Part shown: positions 1 to 9,699 of the stretch, in pieces
Numbering within the stretch: the first letter of the stretch is position 1
How the letters are laid out: every line of letters begins with the position of its first letter
Virus record (IMG/VR): IMGVR_UViG_3300029288_003134
Coordinates: 1-64,000 of that record
Reading direction: 5' to 3' (one strand)
Origin: a virus
Taxonomy: Duplodnaviria; Caudoviricetes
Length of the DNA: 64,000 nucleotides
Program-made: the position numbers and the translations under genes
The notes under the pieces: generated by a model
Databases searched by the model: none
Told to the model about the DNA's origin: nothing
What the model saw: the letters and a program-made list of their open reading frames with translations, nothing else

Positions 1-932
1 TCCACATCCATACCCAATTCATAGACAGCATCAGAATTATAACCACCCGCTCCATTGATAACCTGCTTCTGCAACTTCAATCCAAGCTCCTTGGCGTGCT
101 GAAATAGCCGCTCTTTCATGTTCACATCTGAGAGATTTCCCACATAAACCACCAGCCCATCACCCAAGTTACAGGGCCCGGCTTCCTTTTCGTCTACTCG
201 GTCATAATCTGTAGCAAAGGTGACATCAAACTCCAAAAGTTTATTTGGTTGAAACTTTCTGATTAACGGTTTGAGTCGAGTAATTCCAGTCTCTTCCTGT
301 CCAGAAAAGGAAAATATTAGAGTCTTTGTTGGTGTTTGTTTTGTCTCCAAGAAAAATTCCAGAACCTTTAAAACAATAATGCAACCAATCTTATCATCCA
401 AGGCAGTACCAAATACACGATTATTAGCGAGTTTGCCAAAGGTGGGTTTATACCCAATGTAATCACCGACTTCTACCAGAGCTTCTGCCTCTTCCTTTGT
501 CTTACAACCAATATCAAAAACAATATTGAAAGTTTTTTTAGGAAGCTCATCCTTTTCTTCTTCAATAAAGTGCATGTGCTTACGATCTGTGACACAGGGC
601 ACGGGGCCATTCTTGGTAAGTACAACCATCTCACGAGCCTCAACTGCCGCGAGGGATACCCCACCAATCCTATAGCAAACAAGCATACCCTCTTTGGTAA
701 TGCTCGAAAGTACAAACCCAATCTGGTCAAGGTGGGCATCCAACATTACGGTTTCTTGTGAGGTTCCGGGTAAAACAGCCGTAACATTATTATGCTTATC
801 CTGCGTGATATTCAAACGGTCTGAAGTATCCATACTGCAAATAAGCTGAGTGATATAGGTAGACAGAGCTTTTTCTTTGCCGGAAATCGCTAGGATATTT
901 ACCATCTCAGATAGAACTTTTAAATCATCCAT
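1..932 (-). CDS. M42-family (TET/FrvX-like) metallo-aminopeptidase, runs off the window start
   Basis: Not in the ORF track; my translation from ATG 932 (GGAGG RBS) gives MDDLKVLSEMVNILAISGKEK...MLDAHLDQIG...GTALDDKIG...SGQEETG...FDVTFA, matching the M42 metal-binding motifs. Confidence 0.85.
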   Translation of the reverse strand, partial: MDDLKVLSEMVNILAISGKEKALSTYITQLICSMDTSDRLNITQDKHNNVTAVLPGTSQETVMLDAHLDQIGFVLSSITKEGMLVCYRIGGVSLAAVEAREMVVLTKNGPVPCVTDRKHMHFIEEEKDELPKKTFNIVFDIGCKTKEEAEALVEVGDYIGYKPTFGKLANNRVFGTALDDKIGCIIVLKVLEFFLETKQTPTKTLIFSFSGQEETGITRLKPLIRKFQPNKLLEFDVTFATDYDRVDEKEAGPCNLGDGLVVYVGNLSDVNMKERLFQHAKELGLKLQKQVINGAGGYNSDAVYELGMDV

Positions 933-1055
933 TGTTTGAATCCTCCAAATTATTTTCAATCCAGTCAGCCCAAGTTATAATCAGCTGACCTAAAGAACCA
1001 CCGTGAGCTTTACCCACAGCTCGCATAGAAACTAAAAGTTCTCGTTTACCCATCT

Positions 1056-2036
1056 TTAATCCTTGTCTGCCCGCATGCGAACCTGTGTGGGATGCCGAGG
1101 AAGATCGACCGCCCCAACCATAAGACCTTTGTATTCTATTGTTTTTCCAACAAACTCATCCTGATGTTGCCAGATATAGAACTTCTGCTCTTTGGTATTT
1201 TTGATTGCCACGGCTAACTGCGGGCCACCCTCGTGCTTTACAATAAAATTCTTCGCCCAACCTCCGGGAATCCTGTCACCCTTCTTTTTGCTGGTCTCTG
1301 AGTAACCGAGTTCATTGATCTTCTTGGCCGCTTTGGGGTCAACATTTGTGCCCTCTTCCACACCAATGATCTTTGCGTCGAAGGTTTGGTATGGTTTGAG
1401 TTTATAAATAAGGCCTTCCCGCATGGTTCCCCGGCCACACTTATAACGCCCTTTCGGAGCCCGCAGGATTAAGCCGTCACAAACAAAGTGCTCTTCACCT
1501 TCGTACATCTCAACCCAAGCAAGGGCCTTCTCGTAATAGGCTACCACTTCTTCGGGAGACCAGAGAACTTTCTGTTCCACTCCGGTAATTAGATTCGGAA
1601 AGCACTGAACCATCGTATTGATTCTTCCCATACGAATGTCGAAGGCCTCTTCAAAATTACCATTGAAAACGCTATCGAACATGAAGAATTTAGTGTCTTC
1701 TGGCAAAGGCATTTCATCACTGCGAAATATTCCGCTGAAAACATTGAAAGGTGTAGAAGCCGCAAGAAGCTCACCATCGAGTAACGGGTTCAGCCCTGTG
1801 GCCCTGGTCTCTCTAGCGACCCAATTAACGATAGGTGCAAACTTTTCATTGACATGAATATTGCTGAAAGGCTTTAGGCTCGCAGTCCTCATTTGGCCTT
1901 CGTAGAAAGATGCCCTGAAACCATCCAGCTTGAATGAACCAATAAGAGGATACTGAAGCGTACAGGCCTTAGCATAGGCAGTCTTCCCGACTAACTCAGT
2001 ATTGGGGGCCTTCATGGGCTGGAAAGCTTTACTCAT
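1056..2036 (-). CDS. ATP-dependent DNA ligase
   Basis: KLDGFRA adenylation motif, LDGEL, FMFD, DGLILR, KLKP, C-terminal OB fold ending PRHP. Confidence 0.93.
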   Translation of the reverse strand: MSKAFQPMKAPNTELVGKTAYAKACTLQYPLIGSFKLDGFRASFYEGQMRTASLKPFSNIHVNEKFAPIVNWVARETRATGLNPLLDGELLAASTPFNVFSGIFRSDEMPLPEDTKFFMFDSVFNGNFEEAFDIRMGRINTMVQCFPNLITGVEQKVLWSPEEVVAYYEKALAWVEMYEGEEHFVCDGLILRAPKGRYKCGRGTMREGLIYKLKPYQTFDAKIIGVEEGTNVDPKAAKKINELGYSETSKKKGDRIPGGWAKNFIVKHEGGPQLAVAIKNTKEQKFYIWQHQDEFVGKTIEYKGLMVGAVDLPRHPTQVRMRADKD

Positions 2037-2517
2037 GCCAGCTCCTTAAACTTTACATTTTTATATTCCTGAGCAAGAGCGTGAGCCATATTCCGTAACA
2101 CGTTTATAGTGCTTTCTCTGCTGTACTGACTTTCAACAAGGTGAGTCCCTGTGTGAATGCGCGGGCCTACGGCTATGGTAATGGTTTTACGTTTAGGTTT
2201 CATATTAACTCCAAAGAATTAAAATGATCTGAGGCCTGGTCATAATCCAGAGTATTCAAAACTTCTTGACCAAAACGAAAAACACGATAGACCTTCTCGC
2301 TATTACACGTAAGGTATAAATCATGCACTTTCTTTGATCTACGGATTATCAGTGTTGGCATATAGAATTATTCCATTCAAACTCTTTGGTTATGGTATTA
2401 TATTGAGCATAGCCTCTCCCGATGGCCTGCTTTTCAAATTGTTCTTGTGTACCAATATATCCAATACATATACCCAAAATGAGTGCGAGAATACCAAAAC
2501 TTAGAAAATCGTCCATA

Positions 2518-2814
2518 TTATCCTCCGCGATTGAACCGCTTCAAGGCCGTTTTGAAAATGTGCTGGAAAATATTATCCTTAGCCGGAGCCGCCGGATTAT
2601 ACTTTTCCTTCATGTGATTGTAGAACTCCAGACCATCAGCTTTCTTGACATCTTTTTTAGCCTTGCAATTACTGGCAATAATGGCCTCCTGAGACTTCCG
2701 CAACTGGCCGATCTTCAACAGTTCATTGGCCGCATTCGGGTACTCGGGATTCGCGTTAAAGAACGCTTCGCGCTTGTTCAAATTCTGTGGTGCTGGTGGT
2801 GTCAACTTAGACAT
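2518..2814 (-). CDS. hypothetical protein
   Basis: ORF; start moved to MSKLTP with AAGGAG RBS, just downstream of a sigma70 promoter. Confidence 0.6.
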   Translation of the reverse strand: MSKLTPPAPQNLNKREAFFNANPEYPNAANELLKIGQLRKSQEAIIASNCKAKKDVKKADGLEFYNHMKEKYNPAAPAKDNIFQHIFKTALKRFNRGG

Positions 2815-2853
2815 CTTTTCGATCTCCTTTGTATGGTTTACGATTATGGAGCA

Positions 2854-2882
2854 AGTATACCACACAATTCTAAATTTGTCAA
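2854..2882 (-). promoter_or_regulatory. sigma70-type promoter TTGACA-17-TATACT with extended -10
   Basis: Minus strand TTGACA AATTTAGAATTGTGTGG TATACT; member of a repeated family. Confidence 0.85.
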
Positions 2883-2962
2883 TGGGTAGCCCGGTATTTC
2901 ATCCGTAGGTACTTCTGACCGAGCAAGCAGAGGTCGCATTCTCACTTTAAACTATGCTACCC
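2883..2962 (-). ncRNA. tRNA-like RNA (degenerate or mimic)
   Basis: GGGTAGC/GCTACCC stem, TAGTTTAAAGTGAGAAT D-like arm, GACC/GGTC arm with 11-nt loop, CGG-ATGAAATA-CCG T-like arm. Confidence 0.45.
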
Positions 2963-3196
2963 GGCTTCGCTTAAAGGTGCGGAAATCTATTCATTGCAAT
3001 AAAGACAAACCATCATGCCCAGAATAAAAGCCAAAAAACATACGCTGGCCCACACACCCAGCAAAAGCCAGAAAAGACTGGGCTGAATTGTATACTGATT
3101 ACCACAGAGTGTCCAGACATAGCTTTGAACAATCGCCGCTAAGCTGAATTTTACATACTGTTTTATTACGGGCTTACCGTTCAACATAAGGTCTCC

Positions 3197-3472
3197 TTAA
3201 AATACATCCAAATAAGTATGCGTGATTTCATCGTATACCCTTAAATGCGCCTGCTGAATACCCGGAAGTTCTTCTTTCAGAGTGATTTTCAATAGGCCCA
3301 TATCGTAGGCCTCTAATAGAGCATCCTCAAAACCCTCCACCCCTAAGCAGGCATACTTCGGAACCATTCGTAAAAGCTTTGGCGCAAAGACACGCATCAG
3401 CTTTAGAATAACTGCTCGCTGTTCATGGGTCATATCAGCGCATTTAATCAAGGGTATTTGTTTAGGTTCCAT
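3197..3472 (-). CDS. hypothetical protein
   Basis: ORF in a tightly packed minus-strand operon. Confidence 0.6.
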   Translation of the reverse strand: MEPKQIPLIKCADMTHEQRAVILKLMRVFAPKLLRMVPKYACLGVEGFEDALLEAYDMGLLKITLKEELPGIQQAHLRVYDEITHTYLDVF

Positions 3473-3659
3473 TGTTCCTCAGGCGAGCTAAAAACTTTTC
3501 CGGGCTAACGGGGTCAGCAATCTGGCAAATCTGCTCAATCCGAAAAAGTACAGCATTCTCCAAACGGTCTAACTGCTCAGAGGTTAGATGGTTTAACTTC
3601 TCAACGTGTTCAGCTTCGTGAATGATTCCCTTAATTGCCGCGAGTTTAAATAAGGCCAT
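3462..3659 (-). CDS. hypothetical protein
   Basis: ORF overlapping its neighbours, GGAG RBS. Confidence 0.55.
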   Translation of the reverse strand: MALFKLAAIKGIIHEAEHVEKLNHLTSEQLDRLENAVLFRIEQICQIADPVSPEKFLARLRNNGT

Positions 3660-4352
3660 CTAAAAATCTCCTTTTAAAACTTTATTCCACAAAATTGATA
3701 GTTTTTTAGTTTTTAAATACCACTTAGGTATCCAAAGTTTTAATTCTAACAGGGTTAAATCATTTTTAACGCTGTTAATACGAGTTGCACAAAGTACAAC
3801 ATTTCCGCGAATATAACCATATAAGGGATTTACTCGATCAATAGAAAGAGAATTTCTACTGCGCCCTTCTCCAACTTTCCAATCTAGCATAATTTTTGTG
3901 TAAAAGCATTTACCCCGCTGTAAGATAAAAAGTTTTTCTAAGTCTAACCGTGTTAAATTAAATTCAATATTGCGTTTTTTACACCGAGCTTTTAGCCTAG
4001 CATAATTTCCGCTGAGTCTGGTATGAATATCTGAATTAAGATTTAAGTATATTTGTCTTCTCCTACAATCATTACAATAAGAAAAATGATATTCATATTT
4101 TTGTCCACGCCTACCGTGTTGAAATTGAGTAATAGATTTAATCTTATTGCACCTAGAACACTTAGCCTCTTTTGAATTTATACGTTCTATAGGTTGATTT
4201 GCCCAAGTGGATTTAAAGCCATATTTATTTAACCAATAACTTATAGTCCGATGATGGGTAGATAAATAATTTGCTATAAATCTATTTGTTTTTCCCAGTT
4301 GATTCAAATTAAGCATAGTTTCTAAATCAAAAGTCGGCATCCGGGTCTCCAA
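3660..4352 (-). CDS. HNH-like homing endonuclease
   Basis: CxxC pairs, QRGKCFYT and LSIDRVNPLYGYIRGNVVLCATRINSVK beta-beta-alpha-metal motif; AT-rich; true start may lie slightly downstream. Confidence 0.8.
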   Translation of the reverse strand: METRMPTFDLETMLNLNQLGKTNRFIANYLSTHHRTISYWLNKYGFKSTWANQPIERINSKEAKCSRCNKIKSITQFQHGRRGQKYEYHFSYCNDCRRRQIYLNLNSDIHTRLSGNYARLKARCKKRNIEFNLTRLDLEKLFILQRGKCFYTKIMLDWKVGEGRSRNSLSIDRVNPLYGYIRGNVVLCATRINSVKNDLTLLELKLWIPKWYLKTKKLSILWNKVLKGDF

Positions 4353-5196
4353 CGCGCAAGACAGTTAAACCGAGTGAATGCCACATTCTACACACTTGCA
4401 AACGATCATCCAATACAAAATCAATATTATACTTCCCACGAATTTCTCGCTCGAATATTTCCCGCTTAACAATGGCGTCTTTACGGGTATCTCCGGTAGG
4501 CCGCATAAGAAGTCTATTTGTCCCAAAAAGTAAACCATAACGGAGTAGCCAGGCTAATGTTTCAGTCCTAACCTTTTCCTGCCTTCCAGAGACAAATAAA
4601 ATTGTAGGCGGAACTTGCCGAGTCTGTTCCATTAAAATAATATTTGCAACTGGGATATTAAGTAGATCAGTCCCACAGAGTTCCTCTTCATAGGGGCCTC
4701 TCCCGGAGTGAGTAGCAAGCGTCCCATCCAAATCACATATTACAGCACTAGGTAGATCGGAATTCCAGTAAATAAGCTCAGCCTTTGGCGCGAGATACCT
4801 CTTATACATATCCCGAATAACTTTTTCACCCGTGGAGTTAGGCCGCTGAAGATCACGTTTAATGCACTCTTCCACGTCTGTATCAAATCGCTGATAACTA
4901 AATTCAATTTTAGGGAATTGTTTCAAAATATAATCTTGAAAATTATTCAACCTAGCCGGATTCAAATTAGTCGCATCAACCAACACATCATAACCCATAG
5001 ACAGGGCTGTGATGGTACAGGCCCGCTCAAATTGAGTAATCAAATCTTCCTGGCGGGGGAGCCAATACTTCCCTCGCATATAGCGAAGATCATCCCGATT
5101 AACCCGTATCCAGTTTGTATTCTTCTGGCAGAACTCGCGTGACCACGTTGATTTGCCCGAAGCGATTAAACCAATAGTAAACTTGACCTTATTCAT
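4327..5196 (-). CDS. pseT: polynucleotide 5'-kinase/3'-phosphatase (T4 PseT-like)
   Basis: P-loop GLIASGKST, NRDDLR, DATN; HAD domain DLDGTLA, SGR, LLMRPTGDTRKD, DDR. Confidence 0.95.
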   Translation of the reverse strand: MNKVKFTIGLIASGKSTWSREFCQKNTNWIRVNRDDLRYMRGKYWLPRQEDLITQFERACTITALSMGYDVLVDATNLNPARLNNFQDYILKQFPKIEFSYQRFDTDVEECIKRDLQRPNSTGEKVIRDMYKRYLAPKAELIYWNSDLPSAVICDLDGTLATHSGRGPYEEELCGTDLLNIPVANIILMEQTRQVPPTILFVSGRQEKVRTETLAWLLRYGLLFGTNRLLMRPTGDTRKDAIVKREIFEREIRGKYNIDFVLDDRLQVCRMWHSLGLTVLRVGDPDADF

Positions 5197-5668
5197 GGCC
5201 CCTCCTTAATTTATCATAATGTAATCTGCAAAGACCTTTTGACGCATGTTTTCTGTTACAGTTTGGGATAGTACACTTTCTATTTTTTGTAAAGTGTATA
5301 CGACAATGCTCAGCCCTATTTATAATTTGTAAGTTTGAAAGAGTATTATTAAACTTATTTCCATCAATATGATGCACAATTTCAGAGGCTCTTAATTTAC
5401 GGCCTAAGGCCTGAGCCATTAAAAACCTATGATAATGTTGCCCTGCGTACTTTATGTAGGTTCTATTACCCGTACCCCGTAAAGCATCGCCACGCTTTTT
5501 AGCAGAGAACCGAGAATTTCCAATTTGTCTACAGGCTACAGAACAAAACTTAGCCTTAGGTTTATAGATAGATGACAGAAAAAATTCTCCGCATACTTTA
5601 CACCTGCGCTCTAAACATTTCAGCCTTAAATAATATTGTTTTTTATCTTCTGGATTTTTATACGGCAT
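5189..5668 (-). CDS. HNH homing endonuclease
   Basis: HRFLM...VHHIDGNKFNNTLSNL...H; zinc fingers at both ends. Confidence 0.9.
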   Translation of the reverse strand: MPYKNPEDKKQYYLRLKCLERRCKVCGEFFLSSIYKPKAKFCSVACRQIGNSRFSAKKRGDALRGTGNRTYIKYAGQHYHRFLMAQALGRKLRASEIVHHIDGNKFNNTLSNLQIINRAEHCRIHFTKNRKCTIPNCNRKHASKGLCRLHYDKLRRGHE

Positions 5669-5881
5669 ATAAATTAAGCTTAAAAGCTCTCCTTATACTC
5701 AGCACAGGCCGAACTATAGACTGTTTCTAATTTAGAATCATAGTGCATTAGTCTTCGATTAACTGAAATTATCGGGTAAATTGCTCGGCCCTCGCCACTT
5801 GGATGAGCCTGTGTTGGTGGAAATCTTTGACAATTTCGGATAACTCTAAACATACAATCTTTGCAGTCTTTATTTCTCCAG

Positions 5882-6574
5882 TTATCCATTCCAATACCTC
5901 CGGCGTACTTCCAATAGGAATTCATTAACTTTTTCTGGCTGTGCCTTACGCTCACATTTTGCTAAGGCTATTTTTGCTGTGTCCGTTAAATCCTCTGCTC
6001 GGTTAATAATCTGCCCAATATTAAACTGACCCTCTGGACAATTCTTAATCCACAATAACTCTGATTTAAAATTTTGATTATTTATTTCTAAACTAAAAGT
6101 TCCTGTCTCCAATAGATCAATCAAATTCCAGAGAGTTCTCAGGTAAGCTATAGCATACTTCTTGGGCCGGGCATCTTTCTTATCCAACATTTTACGCCGC
6201 TGATTAAGGCCATAGCCCACGAAAGCATTGAAGGCATCATTCGGATTCCATACATACGGAAAGAGTTCCCGCATAGCATAACCAAAGGTCATATCAATAC
6301 GCCAACTAGGATTACATTCAACAACCGGGGCTTTAAAAACCTCAAGAATTGTGGGATTACACTTTAAAGCCAGTTCAAGAAAGTGCTGAATTTCATAGGT
6401 GGTCTGATCTTCTTTGCCCTCGAACCAATGAGAACCTTTATAGTTATAATTCAAACTCAGAACTTTCTCAGTAGGCGTAACATAGACACCCCGAAAATCA
6501 TAATCCGAGTCTTCATTATGAAGGCCATGTGCCCGGCTACCCACTAAGCATTTAAGAATAAGAATGTCTTCCAT
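5882..6574 (-). CDS. Pol-beta-superfamily nucleotidyltransferase (RlaP/YcgL-like)
   Basis: VGSRAHGL..EDSDYDFRGVY and LKCNPTILE; start MEDILIL with GGAG RBS. Confidence 0.88.
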   Translation of the reverse strand: MEDILILKCLVGSRAHGLHNEDSDYDFRGVYVTPTEKVLSLNYNYKGSHWFEGKEDQTTYEIQHFLELALKCNPTILEVFKAPVVECNPSWRIDMTFGYAMRELFPYVWNPNDAFNAFVGYGLNQRRKMLDKKDARPKKYAIAYLRTLWNLIDLLETGTFSLEINNQNFKSELLWIKNCPEGQFNIGQIINRAEDLTDTAKIALAKCERKAQPEKVNEFLLEVRRRYWNG

Positions 6575-6575
6575 G

Positions 6576-6818
6576 CTATCTCCGTGCTTGAAGTGCACTT
6601 TTAAAAACACTAGCTAATCCAGTGTATACGTTTACACCCCTACCGGAATAGAGTCCGGCAAAATTAGCCCATTTCTCATCAGGTAATTTTATTTTATTTT
6701 TATAAATAAGTGAAAGTATTGGCTTAACCTTTTTCCATTGATATTCTGTATACTTTAGTTCTTTTAAACAGAACTGCCTTAGAGAAAGTTTCTTTGTAAG
6801 CATTAGTCTATCTTCCAT
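6576..6818 (-). CDS. hypothetical protein
   Basis: ORF within the operon. Confidence 0.5.
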   Translation of the reverse strand: MEDRLMLTKKLSLRQFCLKELKYTEYQWKKVKPILSLIYKNKIKLPDEKWANFAGLYSGRGVNVYTGLASVFKSALQARR

Positions 6819-6973
6819 AATTTAGTCCTTAGGTGGTGTTAATCGCCGTATAAATTCTTCTGCTGTTAAACCCTGCTTAGCAAAAATCCGAGCGCGTCTT
6901 TCCGCCTGCTTAGCTGAGAGAAAGGATGCTCTGATACTCTTTGCCGTAGTTGCAGAGAACTTTTTTAAATTCA

Positions 6974-7315
6974 TTACCCCTGTACCCCGTCTAATAATTG
7001 TCTCAGTTGCCCTTCAAATATTTTAAAATTTCTATGTGGAAAAGATATTTCAGCTGTCGTTAATTGAATCAGCTTATACATGCCCATTAAAGTTGCCGTA
7101 CCGTTATAGGAAACCTTTAACGTCAAGCCGTCTTTTACATACCAGGCACCTAAACCCTGACCACAGATAGCATATAATTCATAACCTAATCGCTTTGCTT
7201 CAGCATACCCTGGTAATTTATTGGTATCCATCAGACCCGCCCCTTCAGCCAAACGATCAAGAATAAAACCACCACGATTAAAGGAATTGTATAGAGGCCC
7301 ATTATGATACCTCAA
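6974..7315 (-). CDS. hypothetical protein
   Basis: ORF; true start probably the internal MDTNKL. Confidence 0.5.
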   Translation of the reverse strand: MRYHNGPLYNSFNRGGFILDRLAEGAGLMDTNKLPGYAEAKRLGYELYAICGQGLGAWYVKDGLTLKVSYNGTATLMGMYKLIQLTTAEISFPHRNFKIFEGQLRQLLDGVQG

Positions 7316-7634
7316 TCTTTTCTTTGGACATAGAAATCCAAATAGTCATACCCCAATATTTATTGGTATCCCTAATGCTGGCTATCTCGATAATACGCGC
7401 CCAAGGTTCGATCTCAGCAAGAAGCTTTTTGTACTGCTGATAACCCAAAGTTAGACTAGTTGGCTTATGCCCTGTCTTTGCCTGAAAAGCATCACGGGCG
7501 ATTGATATTTGGCTACGAATATTTTCCATGCTATTCATCCTTGAACTTGTAAATTTCAACCGTTCTTTCCGGTGAAGTAATTCCCCAATCCTGATAAATA
7601 ATATTTGGCTCCTCCGTAAGATCAGAGGGAACAC
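7302..7634 (-). CDS. hypothetical protein
   Basis: ORF; true start probably internal (MNSMEN). Confidence 0.5.
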   Translation of the reverse strand: MFPLILRRSQILFIRIGELLHRKERLKFTSSRMNSMENIRSQISIARDAFQAKTGHKPTSLTLGYQQYKKLLAEIEPWARIIEIASIRDTNKYWGMTIWISMSKEKIEVS

Positions 7635-8187
7635 AGCAGGGAATATTCACAATGGTAAAATCATCCATGCAGATTGCACCCAGGACATTACTTAAAAGAG
7701 CATGCGAATGAACACAGACAACCAAGACTTTACTCTGTGGGTGGTGCTTAAATTGCAAGTCTTCTATCCGGGCTTTAATCGTCCAAAGCCTATCAATTTG
7801 GGGATGTTCGCCATCCGGTAAAGAACACTTGGGGTCAATCGAGAGAACCTTCCAGGCAGTCCTGAAAGCGAATACCGCGCCAGTTCTGGGCTTGCATCCA
7901 TCACCGATCACATAACAGGTTACTGTTTTATCCGTGAATGAGTAATCATTTTGGAGATGCTTTCTTACCGCATTATAGGCCCCGAAGGATTCCGTGATCT
8001 CCTTAGCATTCGGAAAAAACTTTGTCTGCAAAAGATCAGCCCCGCAGGTTATCCGGGTAAGCTCATTGAGATAGCGCAGATCGGGCCGCTTGATCTCAAC
8101 TGTGATACTGGCTTGGTTTTCCTGGTAAGAGATAACGGAGTCTCGGCCATTCTTTACAGCTCTTTGCTTTCCTAGAAAGTTTTTCAT
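7531..8187 (-). CDS. putative class I SAM-dependent methyltransferase
   Basis: Rossmann-like motif I YVIGDG, acidic motif II LSIDP, downstream HSH and IPCC. Confidence 0.6.
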   Translation of the reverse strand: MKNFLGKQRAVKNGRDSVISYQENQASITVEIKRPDLRYLNELTRITCGADLLQTKFFPNAKEITESFGAYNAVRKHLQNDYSFTDKTVTCYVIGDGCKPRTGAVFAFRTAWKVLSIDPKCSLPDGEHPQIDRLWTIKARIEDLQFKHHPQSKVLVVCVHSHALLSNVLGAICMDDFTIVNIPCCVPSDLTEEPNIIYQDWGITSPERTVEIYKFKDE

Positions 8188-8195
8188 AAAGCTCC

Positions 8196-8636
8196 TTAGA
8201 TATTTCCAGTTAGAACAAATTTTATTAGGTGGGGTAAAAGTCGCTTTACCTGTTCCTGCGTTAAGTGCATACGAGTATCACAAAGCGTGCCTTCCGGCAT
8301 CTCTACAGGCACCCAGCCTTGACCCGGTTTACATACGCGAGGATTCGCCTCCTCACAGCCGAGCCAGATGCAGTTTTTAGTGGCTAATGAGGACTTCTGT
8401 AGTGAACAAGCCACACGATAATAGTCACGAAAAACCCGAATATTAAAACCACGCTTTGTTTTCTTTAATTTAAAGGAGTCTTTCTCAGCAGGTTTTTCCC
8501 AAATATGCCAAATTCCAGTTATACGATTCTGGCGGCATGTCCACCCACGCATTAACCGCCAAGCAATAATACGGTTCTTTGTGATGGTAGAATGATTTCC
8601 TAAAATCGTATACTTTTTATCCCACATCTGAAGCAT
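8196..8636 (-). CDS. conserved phage hypothetical protein
   Basis: CSLQKSSLA...IWLG...TRMHLTQEQV, a motif I recognise from other phage proteins. Confidence 0.65.
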   Translation of the reverse strand: MLQMWDKKYTILGNHSTITKNRIIAWRLMRGWTCRQNRITGIWHIWEKPAEKDSFKLKKTKRGFNIRVFRDYYRVACSLQKSSLATKNCIWLGCEEANPRVCKPGQGWVPVEMPEGTLCDTRMHLTQEQVKRLLPHLIKFVLTGNI

Positions 8637-9699
8637 CCTGTTTAAATGGTTTTGAATAATCGGGTTGAATCAAATCCCAAATTATCCGATCATAGGGTTT
8701 ACCTTTCCACATAGCAAACAAAAGCCCTGAGTCTTTTTCCTGAGCAATCTTCGTAGCAATCGGGTTAAGTATACCACACTCTTTTGCTTTTGTCAAGTCC
8801 GGGTAATTAGAAAGCGTATCTTCAGCCCATTGTTTCTTAGACTCGAAGGCCCTAATTAAAGCTCTACTTGTGTACTTTACCCACTCAAAAAACTCATCCG
8901 GCACTCGGTCAAGCAGATCATTCAAAGGCTGTCCATCTCGTAGATATTCCCAGATCGTCTTGGTACTTACGCCTGTAATAATTCTGTGCAAGCGAACATA
9001 TTCCTCAAACTTCATCTTTACTCGTAGACCCGTATCAAACTGAATAACAAAGCCCTCCTTGCCGATCTCCTGCACCTGTCTTAGGGTCACAAGATCAAAG
9101 GAAGTTATTGGGTATTGCTTAACCAAATTTAATCCCCAAGCACCCGCAAAGGCCTGCATCTCAGCATAAGACCACTCTTCGCCCGTTTCATTATTGATTA
9201 CGGCTAGGAGAATGAGATCACGGGTATTGCCATAGTCAACCACGATTCTATTTTCTGGATAAATTATCTCGAATAAAAATGTAAAGCCAGCGGAATAGGG
9301 AACTGCTGTATATTTTTCCTTCCAAATTCTCGTGGCTTCTATAGCCTGCTCACTTTCAAAGCTTCCTCGCGTGGCAATTCGGCCCTCCCCATCTGGTAAA
9401 AAGTAGAGAATCCCGAGGCTACCATCCATCTTCTCTAAGGCTGTGAAGCGGTGGAAGGCCGGAAGCTTACCTAGAAAAGAGCCTTCTTGATACTCCTCGT
9501 AGTTAAAGAACTTGCTGAAAGGCCGAGCAATAACATTGCCAGCCCCATCCAGAATTAACCCGCGACATTGTAAGGTCAGTTCGTTCCAAAAGCGATCATA
9601 CTGAGTCTTTGCGGTGTAATTGTAAATAAAATAATCAGCGGTTGGATGCTTCCGCTCAGTGATATAGCCCTGATCTATGAGAGTTCTATCAATTTTCAT
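8617..9699 (-). CDS. rnlA: RNA ligase, T4 Rnl1 family
   Basis: CRGLI, RPFSKFFN, EKMDGSL, ATRGSF, FEII, EGFVI, KMK. Confidence 0.93.
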   Translation of the reverse strand: MKIDRTLIDQGYITERKHPTADYFIYNYTAKTQYDRFWNELTLQCRGLILDGAGNVIARPFSKFFNYEEYQEGSFLGKLPAFHRFTALEKMDGSLGILYFLPDGEGRIATRGSFESEQAIEATRIWKEKYTAVPYSAGFTFLFEIIYPENRIVVDYGNTRDLILLAVINNETGEEWSYAEMQAFAGAWGLNLVKQYPITSFDLVTLRQVQEIGKEGFVIQFDTGLRVKMKFEEYVRLHRIITGVSTKTIWEYLRDGQPLNDLLDRVPDEFFEWVKYTSRALIRAFESKKQWAEDTLSNYPDLTKAKECGILNPIATKIAQEKDSGLLFAMWKGKPYDRIIWDLIQPDYSKPFKQDASDVG

